Below are positions 15,620 through 26,100 of a stretch of DNA of 64,000 bases, piece after piece (the stretch's first letter is position 1; the number at the start of each line of letters is the position of its first letter). The stretch covers positions 5,208,001 through 5,272,000 of the forward strand of contig OZ059899.1 of assembly GCA_964057225.1 (NCBI GenBank), written 5' to 3'. A program made the translations under genes and the position numbers. Source of the DNA: Auanema rhodensis. Lineage: Eukaryota; Animalia; Nematoda. Under the pieces are notes generated by a model. That model did not search any database. It worked only from the letters and a program-made list of their open reading frames with translations, and was not told the origin of the DNA.

Positions 15620-17338
15620 ATGTCAGTCAAGGTGAGAGTTACGAAGCATGACTTCGTCGTAATTGTACTAAAGGATTCTCAAAAAAACGAAGTGACGAAA
15701 TATGTATGCATATTCTCATTGATTGTTGTGATGACTGTATTCGAAATATTCTTTATTCATCCAAAAATAATGAAAATTTTTACGATAGAATCATTGACGT
15801 TTGGAAATGAAAATGTTTTTTTTTCATTTCCATAGTAACTTCAAAGATTTGCCACAGGAACAAGTTACTATTGCATCTTGATTATGTGAGTAAGATGAAT
15901 TTCCATTAATTCAAGTGAAAAGACTAGCATAGGATAGAAGAAAATAGGCTGGAAATCAATTGAAATATTGACATATTGAAATTACCTTGGATACAAAGAG
16001 ATTTATTATAAAAAATTATTTATAATAAATGATATGACATTTGTTTGAAACAATAAAATATAAACGTTTTCTTTTATGTTATACATATTTACATATAATG
16101 TTATACTCATATAAACACATTCATAGACCCATTCGTCTTCTAAAATTGTATTAACAGCCTATATTAGCATAGTAGAACCTATTTATATGGTTATTTTAGC
16201 TATTACCACATCATTATACATCTATTATTCTGATTGATTTAAAACCTTTATACAGCTCTCCAGAAATCTGTCTTAAAAGTTGAGAACTGGGCTGGTCACT
16301 AGCTAGTCTGCCCTTGTCATTCTCCTCGCATTTCCACTTGAGATCAGTTTGAAGAGAACCAATACAAATAACTGTACAACTGTTCTTAGTCTAGGGGCAA
16401 GAGAGTTTATATCATTTCAAAATCTTAATAAGTTTTCAATATTGATTTGAGTTGAATTGCATTTTCTAATTTCACCTCATTTAGGAGCCTAAAATAGTGA
16501 ATGAGAGAAATACGAATATAGAACGGTCTATAACTAATACTTTCTTCAAACTTTTTGAAGAAATGAACACTACGGTTGTACAAAAACCTTCAATATCTAT
16601 TCATTTAAGCATTCGACGACCAGCTTCGAATCATTCTACCCACCACCGTCATCAAGATGAGCCAGTCTACAAAATTCGGGTACATAAACCAACTCAATTG
16701 TAGTTGATTCAAACAATTGTTTACAGCAAAGCAGTTCGGAGCTTGGATCTCCTGGAAACTTGAATAATTCCAAAGTTTGCATATGAATAGCAGATGTATA
16801 CACTCGAATATTTTTCAGAATGTTTCATCAAGACCGGGATCGCCTGGACCTGTTGCAGGAGCTGGAGATATTATCAATACCGAGCATGGCTTTACTATTC
16901 AACTAGATGTTAAACTTTTCAGGCCAGAAGAAATTAAAGTTTGTTCATGTTCTAAAATATATTTTTTAACTTTCAATGTCAGGTTATATTGAATGCTGAT
17001 CTCCTGAGCATAACCGGAGAACGTATTGAAAAGTGCGGAGATGAGCAAACTCTTAGGCGATCATTTAGCAGACAATACAGGTTAGCTATTTATAAATATG
17101 CCTTTACATATTTTACAAAAATTCAGTATTCCCGAAGATATTCATTTGGATTCCATTAGAAGTCATCTAGCTGATAATGGTATCCTATTCGTCAATGTAT
17201 GTTCAAATATCTCATTTTAAGCATTAACTATATTGTTTCTAGGGTTCACGACGTGGATGGAAGGAAACTAATCTACTATATCATGGCACTAATAATACAA
17301 TTTATGGCCGTGGTGGTTCGGTTATTAGTACAGTTTAA
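15620..17338 (+). CDS. Small heat-shock protein (alpha-crystallin/HSP20 domain), 8 exons; resembles C. elegans ZK1128.7
   Basis: Spliced frame MSVKVRVTKHDFV|EPKIVNE...|GAGDIINTEHGFTIQLDVKLFRPEEIK|VILNADLLSITGER...RRSFSRQYS|IPEDIHLDSIRSHLADNGILFVN|GSRRGWKET...STV*. The first exon is less certain. Confidence 0.85.
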
Positions 17339-17939
17339 GGCAATTTCTACATCAAGCACATAAAACTTCGTGTTCAATTAAAAAAACTAATCATATTCAA
17401 AATTTCTATTATGTGATTTAATTTTGTATAATCATTCAACATGCTTTACAAGCTATTCATAAAAAAATGTAATCGGTGAATATATTTCTTTAACTAAAAA
17501 CAAAACAAAAACAGCTTGAATTTACCTACGCAAACAAATATTATTCCATTATTCTACGTTGCTATCATAAACTATCTTTAGTGTCTTAATGCAAAATAAA
17601 CTATTTATAGCCTAATGTAGTTATTTTAATGAAAAAGGACAGAAAGAAATCAGGTTTACCGCGCAGTTACAGATGATTTCATTTTTGCATTATTATCAGT
17701 CCAATACGGTTAACTTCCGATTTTTAAAATATTTTTCAATATAGCAAACAGCCTTTATATCTTCTATTAAATTCATAACTGAAAAAGATCAGCTCTTGTT
17801 GATAGTTGAAAACAAAATTTCATTCAATGCCGTACATGTCATCACCAACATATTATTTAAATATGATGATTATTTAGTCATGATTGTTTAAATAAAAACA
17901 TTCTCAAATTTACGTTTATTTTATTGATTAAAAATGAAA

Positions 17940-18575
17940 TCACATTTCCGTAAAGCCACAGTAGGGATGTTCTTTCAGTTCTACAGTTACAGGCCAAGTT
18001 GACACATCTTTTGAAACAACATAACATGTTTCAAATGTCTAAATAAATGTAAAATTATATATCAAACTACATTTATCCAACCAAACGTGGAAATAGTAAT
18101 CGTCTCATCATTTCTATCCCAAAGGTTAATCCATAATTACTCAAACTAAGTTCCTTCTAAACAAAAATGTTAAAAGAGAAATTATGTTTCAACCTACAGG
18201 ACATCCTGTAATGATTCTCAGATACATACTAACATCTCGGCAATCATCAAAGGATAGAAATGCTTTAAGAGATATAGGTGAAGAGGTGTTTGTAATATAT
18301 CCTGTAGATGAATCCATAGTTTCATCGAAAACTATATAAAAAATATAAAAAATAAAGACAGAGGATAAATTACCGAAGTCAGTATCCATCAAATCTATGA
18401 TATATGGACCAACATAAGGCTCTCCCCCACATTGCAAATGAACCTAATATAAAGATAATTAATTCTAACACATGAGTTAGTTATATTATACCCCTAAAAC
18501 ACCATAGTCACAATGATTAAAAGAAAGTGACATCACATAGAGGGGGAGAATCAAAAATAAGACACCAAGTTTCAT
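17940..18575 (-). CDS. Secreted divergent transthyretin-like (nematode TTR family) protein, 5 exons
   Basis: Signal peptide MKLGVLFLILPLYVMSLS; G-VHLQCGGEP...IDLMDTD..FDETM...MYLRIITGC resembles the TTR pattern (GxLxCGxxP...LxDxD...LxIxHxC); all introns phase-compatible. Confidence 0.6.
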
Positions 18576-18787
18576 GGCAGAGGCACAAATAGTGTTAAAT
18601 GTTTTCAAATTTCAAAGCAAAATCATCGAATAATAATAAAATCTTTATATAAACACTGGTTTCTAACAATTCTACGAAACAATCTATGTATGCAATTAAA
18701 GAAATACACCGTGCACGCATGAGTAAAATTTATATAACAATCTTATCAACTAGAAAAAACTTAAGTGTCAAAATATTTAATGAGAAT

Positions 18788-21730
18788 CTACTTGCTTAAG
18801 GCAAAGACTTCCTTCATTCTATTAAGAGCAGATCCAGCCTTGAACCACTCAATCTGGAGATCATTGAAGGTATGATTGAGCCAGATGTCGACCTTAGATC
18901 CGTCCTTCTTGGTCAAAACAGCCTTAACCTGCTTGCCTGGAGCGAAGTCCTTCAATCCAACGATCGACAGACGGTCAGATGGATCAATCTTGTCGTAGTC
19001 GGCTGGGTTAGCGAAAGTAAGTGGGAGCATACCCTGTTTCTTAAGATTTGTCTCTGCAATTACAAATTATGAGAAATAGAAAACCTTTTGAATACTGACC
19101 ATGAATACGGGCAAAAGACTTGGTAATGATGGCACGTCCACCAAGATGACGGGGCTCAAGAGCGGCATGTTCACGAGAAGATCCCTCTCCGTAGTTTTCA
19201 TCACCAATGGCAACCCAGTTTTGTCCTGCAGCCTTGTACTTCCGGGCGGTCTCGGGAACAGCTCCGAATGATCCATCAAGCTGGTTCTTGACCTATAAAA
19301 TCTTAACACTAACAAAAAAACTGAAAACAAATCTGCCTACCTTGTTCATTTCACCATTCTCAGAATTTACAGCTGTCAAGAAAAGATTGTTGGAAATATT
19401 GTCTAAATGTCCACGATATTTAAGCCATGGTCCGGCGGCTGAAATGTGGTCTGTAGTACACTTTCCTTTAACCTGCAAATATAGACATTACTGATAACAG
19501 AAGTACAATAAAATCAAACCTTGATAAGAATGACCATATCCTCAAGGTCCTTTCCGTCCCACTTGTTGAATGGGGAAAGGAGCTGAAGACGCTCAGAGCT
19601 GGGGCTGACATCAACTTGTCCGCTTCCTGAAGGAGGCTGGAAAGTGTCTTCTCCGGCATCATATCCCTTCTGAGGCAAATCATCTCCGCTTGGTGGAGAT
19701 AACTTGAACTTGGATCCGTCAGCGGCGGTAATATTGTCGGTGAGAGGATTGAAGTCAAGGCGTCCAGAGATAGCCATGGCAGTGACGATATCAGGAGAAG
19801 CAACAAATCCGTGAGTAGCTGGATTAGCGTCATTTCTTCCAGTGAAGTTACGGTTGTAAGAAGTTACGATGGTATTCTTTTCTCCTTTCTTTACATCCTG
19901 GCGATCCCACTGTCCTTAACACGGAATTTGATCATAAAACCGTTAATTACGAGCTCATACCGATACAGGGTCCGCAAGCATTAGCAAGTACCATACCACC
20001 AAAATCAGAGAAAATTTTTGAGATACCATCTCTCTCAATAGTGGCACGAACTTGTTCTGATCCAGGGGTAATAGTGAAAAGAGTCTTAGCTTTAATTCCT
20101 TTGTCCAAAGCCTGAATATAATTAGTATTTGTCATTAGAAAGGAAAAAATACCTGCTTGGCGATAGAAGCAGCACGAGTCATATCTTCGTAAGAAGAGTT
20201 GGTACAGGATCCAATAAGAGAAACTTTGATGTCAAGGGGCCATCCATTCTTCTTGGCATTTTCTCCAAGCTTGTCGATTGGAGAGGCAAGATCGGGAGTG
20301 AAGGGTCCGTTAACATGAGGAACAAGAGTGTCCAAATTGATTTCGATTATCTGATCGTAGCTACATCCCTGGTCAGCAGTGAGAAGATCTTTATATTTGT
20401 GAGCTTCATCGGCAATATCAGAACGTCCTGTAGCCTAAAGCAATTAGAGTGATAAACAAGCATCGATATTGATAACAACATACTATAAGGTATTTACGCA
20501 TGCTATCATTGAATGGGAAAACAGAAGTTGTGGCTCCAATTTCGGCTCCCATGTTACAGATGGTTCCCATACCAGTAGCGGAAAGGGAATCAACTCCGGG
20601 TCCAAAGTATTCAACAATAGCTCCGGTTCCTCCTTTAACGGTGAGAATATCAGCAACCTACAAAACGAAATACGCAAAATTAATTGGATAATGGCTACCT
20701 TTAAGATAACATCCTTAGCAGAAGTCCATCCATTAAGTTTTCCAGTTAGCTTAATTCCAATAACCTTGGGGCATTTGAGCTCCCATGGAATATCAGCCAT
20801 AACATCAACAGCATCAGCTCCTCCAACACCAATGCAAAGTCCTCCAAGACCACCTAAAATTTTGAAATAAGGTAATTAACTATTACCAATTCTAACCTCC
20901 GTTAGGAGTATGAGAATCAGTTCCGATAAGCAAAAGTCCTGGGAAAGCATAATTCTCAAGAATAATCTGATGAATAATTCCAGATCCCGGCTTCCAGAAT
21001 CCAACACCATATTTGCTTCCAGCAGAGGAAAGGAAGTTGTAAACTTCCTTATTCAAATCCTTAGCTCTCTTGAGATCAGCAGACCCACCCTTTTGGGCTT
21101 CGATCAAGTGATCGCAATGAATGGTGGATGGTACAGCAACCTAATTGAAACCTTCATTTTTTATCTTGTTTCCACAATTCTGGTACCTGTGGAAGACCAG
21201 AAGAGATGAATTGAAGCATAGCCATCTGAGCGGTGGCATCTTGCATAGCAACTCGATCTGGTCTAAGTCGTAGATATGAGACTCCTCTCTCGATTTCTTG
21301 TGAAGAAGGTTGATCCAAGTGAGCATAGAGAATCTTCTCAGAAAGGGTCAAAGGACGCTTCAAACTAAAAGATTGCAAATACTTCCCGGATACAAAAAAA
21401 AAACGAGATAAGGGCAGTACTTAGGACTTTAATCAGAAAAATCATTGCAGCACGTGATATCACATGCATGGGATACTTCGAACAGAAAGCATTAATAAAA
21501 TCACGTGAACAACAAAGAACACTCACCGGTCGCGAACAACCTTGAGATTGTTGTGAAGCTTCTCATAAGGAAGAGGATTCTTCTCAAATTTGGACATAGG
21601 AATATTAGCCTAATTTGTAAGTGTTCATAAGATTAAATACCGAATCGAAGCATACCTGGAGCACATAAGAAGTGTGAAGAGCTCTATATTGAGCCGCGCC
21701 AGCAAAGCGGCTGAGCCGAAGGGCGTACAT
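18788..21730 (-). CDS. aco-2: Mitochondrial aconitate hydratase, multi-exon
   Basis: Transit peptide MYALRLSRF; [68 protein letters not shown]. Confidence 0.98.
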
Positions 21731-22382
21731 CCCTCTAAAAATAATACAAGAATAAAAATTCAAGAAAAATATGAAAGAAGAAAAGAAAATACACCATAGG
21801 ATCAAACTCGAATAAGCCAAATAAAAGAGGAGAGAACACAACCTGCTCAGCCGGGAACTAGTAAGGGGTGTATTGATAATACTATGAAAGGGAAATGATG
21901 AGTTTATCACATTACAAAGGAAAACATAACAAAAACGAGATTGTTGATAAGAGAAGAGAAAATGTCCACAGCTCCATCTGTATCGAATGAAAACTAAATG
22001 AAAAACACAAAAGTTGGAGGTATATAGGATTGGATATGATTGGTCAGCATAAGAAGAACTTTTATAGATAAACAAGCTAGTTACGAAATCATTAATCACG
22101 TAAAATGTCTTCAATTTCATGGTTATTTAGATAATTGATAACGCATAAGAAAACTGCAGCAAAACCAGCCCGCCCGTGCCATGGTTCTTTGATTTAACAA
22201 ATGTTCCGAATGCGCTAGCACTTCAGACGCGCCAATCCCATGCCTAGCCGCGAATTTAAACATACAATCAAGGGCTCTATTGAAAACGTCCCACATGGAA
22301 AAGATATACCGTAATTTTAAAAATGAATTGTTGGAATTTTCATGATAGAATAAGCAGTTTTCCGCTCCTTGCTTGAACGAAA

Positions 22383-23079
22383 ATGGCTGATCTTGCTAAC
22401 CTCAACAAAACTCTTGCTGCTCAAGCTTACGTCGAGGGGTTCGTTTGTTTAATATTTTGTATAATTAATATTGGTTGTCGTGGTACAGATTTGTCCCATC
22501 CGGCGCTGACGTTAAGGAATTCGACAAGATCTCATCTGCCCCAGATGCCAAGAAATTCCCACATGTTGCTCGTTGGTTCAAGCATATCTCTAGCTTCGAC
22601 AAGAAGGAGCGCAACGACTGGGCTTCCGCTGGAGGATCTGCTGAAGCTGACGATGACATCGATCTTTTCGGATCTGACGATGAGGAAGATCTTGAGAAGC
22701 AAAAGATCGTCGCTGAGCGCCTGAAGGCCTACAACGAGAAGAAGGCTGCTAAGGTTAGAAGGTTTTTGGAATATTTATAATGTATTATATTTTACAGCCT
22801 GGACCAATCGCCAAGTCATCCGTCATCCTTGATGTCAAGCCATGGGATGATGAGACCGATCTTGTCAAAATGGAGGAATGTGTTCGTTCCATCGAAATGG
22901 ACGGTCTCGTATGGGGAGGTGGAAAGCTCATCCCAATCGGATATGGAATTCAGAAATTCCAAATTATCTGCGTTATCGAGGATCTTAAGGTTTCCGTTGA
23001 TGATCTTATTGAGAGAATCACCGGAGATTTCGAAGACTACGTCCAATCCGTTGATATCGTTGCCTTCAACAAGATTTAA
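22383..23079 (+). CDS. eef-1B.1: Translation elongation factor 1-beta, 3 exons
   Basis: HVARWFKHI; [14 protein letters not shown]; [17 protein letters not shown]...[12 protein letters not shown]. Confidence 0.96.
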
Positions 23080-23175
23080 GTCACCATTGTCTTGTTATAG
23101 GAAAATAAACAGTTATCTTATTATATTTATTAAGTGTATTCAACAATCACAAATACGATGGCTTTTTCGATATGA

Positions 23176-26100
23176 TTATACAATGAGATCAGCGTCTTCT
23201 GCGTCGGAATCCAAAAGTTTTTCCCTGTATATATGATAATTAATGGTACTAAAAAATACTTTGTATTACTTTCCCGTCTTTTTTCCCATTCCACTAATGA
23301 TACTAGCTGTTGAACCCATGAGAGAGCTGACTTGACTAGATATTAAAGAACCAAAGGACTTAGCTCTGAAATTTCCGCCATCTTCCAATCCACGGTGTAC
23401 ATTAACATTAAGCTTAAATTGTGTAATATTATAAGTAAGGCTATATATCATCGTACATTTAGAGTTCCATTTTCTAACTGCTTGAGATATTGCTTGAACT
23501 TTGATGTGTGAAGTGAACCAATTGTAGGCTTTCTAAATTTTGTTTAGCTTTCACTAGACATCAACACCACATACTTGAACGTATTCAGCATAAGAGAAGA
23601 TGTTACAACCGACACACTACTCATAGCCATGGCCAACGCAGCCATCCAAGGTTGTAGTGTTACCCCGAAAGGTCTAGTAAGACCTAGAAAACTTGATAAA
23701 TTACGTTTTAACTGTTATGCACACCCGCAGCAATAGGTATTCCAACAGCATTATAGAAAATAGCAAATGCGAAGTTCCACCGAATACGGTTGGTTGTCAA
23801 ACGAGATAGTTTGATAGCTCCAACGACATCAACTAAATCATTCTGAAATTCAAACTTTGTTTTTTTGCTTAACTATAGATGGAACAATACCCGAACAAGA
23901 ACAATTCCTGCACTTTCAATAGCAACATCACTTCCAGCAGCGATAGCAATACCTACATCAGCTGAAGCTAAAGCAGGACTGTCATTAACCCCATCACCAA
24001 CCATTGCAACTTTCTTATTATTGGCCTAAAAGGAATAATTCTTCACACATCTATATAACACACAACCTGTAGTTGTTGAATTTTTGCTTGCTTCTGATTT
24101 GGTAAAACTTCGGCAAAAACATGCTCGATTCCAACTTGTTTTGCAGTACATTCAGCAGTTCTAGCATTATCCCCAGTTAAAAGAACCACATTCATACCCA
24201 TTTCTCTTAAAGCATAAACTGCTAGAGGAGCTTCGTTCTTTATTTTGTCTGCGATAGAAACGATGGCAACTACTTGCTCTGAAAAAAAAAGGGAAATAAT
24301 GGCTATTCTGCTAATATTGTACTGTTGATAGCGCAAAGAATTGAAATATGTCCGTTTTGTTGTTCTTGGTTCAAAATTTCCAATATTGTTTCATCGATGA
24401 CTATCGAATGACGGCCCATCATCCTGGTACTTCCAATAACAACATCAAAAGTGTCGACGTTTCTGGTATCCAATTCTTAAGACAATATTTCTGTTTATAT
24501 TGACGATGGGATTACACATACTCTCTGAGCAGGAGATTTGATGATAAATGGCCTCACTATCGGGAATAGTGAATTTCTTTCCCTCAGATACTTCCTGAAC
24601 AACCCAAATGTTTAAACGAATCAAGTTTGTAACATACAGGAATATCTTTCTTTGACATAAATGCCAAACTTTTCTTAACTCCTTCCACTTTACAAGATAC
24701 TCCGAATCCAGCCGAAACATGGAATCTGGAGACAACTGCCCAAGTGGGGTCATTAAAAATCTGAAAGATATAAAAGGCTGAAAATAGCATTTTCAATCCT
24801 GCCTACCTGTTTAACAAATGTGCTGATAGATGCACCAATGGGATGCTCAGATTTTGACTCAGTGGATCCAATAATTAAAGCAAGAGTACGGAACGGAGCG
24901 GTTTTTGGAGAAATAAAGGAATGGAAAGAAACTACTCGAGGTTTTCCCTCGGTAATTGTTCCCGTTTTATCGAAAACTACGGTGCTAACCTTAAGCAAGT
25001 CAATGAATACGCAGAATGTAAAATTACTGACCTTGTGAACTTTTTCCAACGGTTCTCCTCCTTTAATCAAAATTCCATTTTTAGCCCCAACTCCAGTACC
25101 TACCATAACGGCTGTTGGAGTAGCTAAGCCCAAACTACATGGGCAAGCAATGGCCAAAACAGTGATGGCAGTTTCGAATGCAACCTTCATTACACTTTCA
25201 AATTTCAGTAATCCAGTCTTAAAGAATAACACTAAATATGGTTGTGCTGGTAGAGTTTTAAAACCTCTCCAGAGTCAATGAAAAGGTAGCCTATAGCCAC
25301 CCAACCACAAAACGAAAGAAAGGAAACTAAAATTACGAATGGAACAAAGAAACCAGCAATTTTATCCGCTAATTCTTGAATCGGTGCCTGAAATTGTACA
25401 GTAGATATGTGCCTTTGTGTTTAATTTTAACCTTATTCGTTTGAGCTTCTTCAACTAAACGAACAATTTGAGATAATGTTGAATCTTGCCCAATATGAGT
25501 TGCTTTGATTATCAGAACGCCTTTCTGATTCACAGAGCCTCCAATAACAGCGGATCCTAAAACCAAATATGATTATAATCAAGCAAAATAAAGTGAAAAA
25601 CTAACCAACTTTCTTTACAACAGGCATAGATTCACCAGTAATGAACGACTCATCAGCAGAACTTACTCCATCTACCACAATACCATCTACAGGAACCTTT
25701 GCCCCAGGAAGAACTTTGATTAAATCATCACGTTGAACCTTTAAGACATTATTGCTCTAAAGTTCTTTTAACAATTATATTACCAGTTCAATGTTGATTC
25801 CTTTCTCAGAGGTGATATAACCCTCTTCATTACGAGTTACTAAAGTAGCCTCGCGAGCTTGCAAAGACATTAAATGACTCAATGCTTCTGAAGTTTTACC
25901 CTAAACTTGATGCTTATGATTTTCCCCAATTTTCACTGAATACCTTAGCTTTATGTTCCATCATTCTTCCTAATGCAATAAATACGATTAACATGGGAGG
26001 CACATCGAAGAATGTCATAGGACTAGAGGGCCATCTGAATCGGCACTTGTAACTGTTATAATTAGCTCTAAGGAATACTAACCTGAGAATTAGTGCTACA

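Noticed and set aside
21365-21526. Possible C/D snoRNA in the aco-2 intron
   Set aside because: No proper RUGAUGA C box at a suitable distance from CUGA and no terminal stem.
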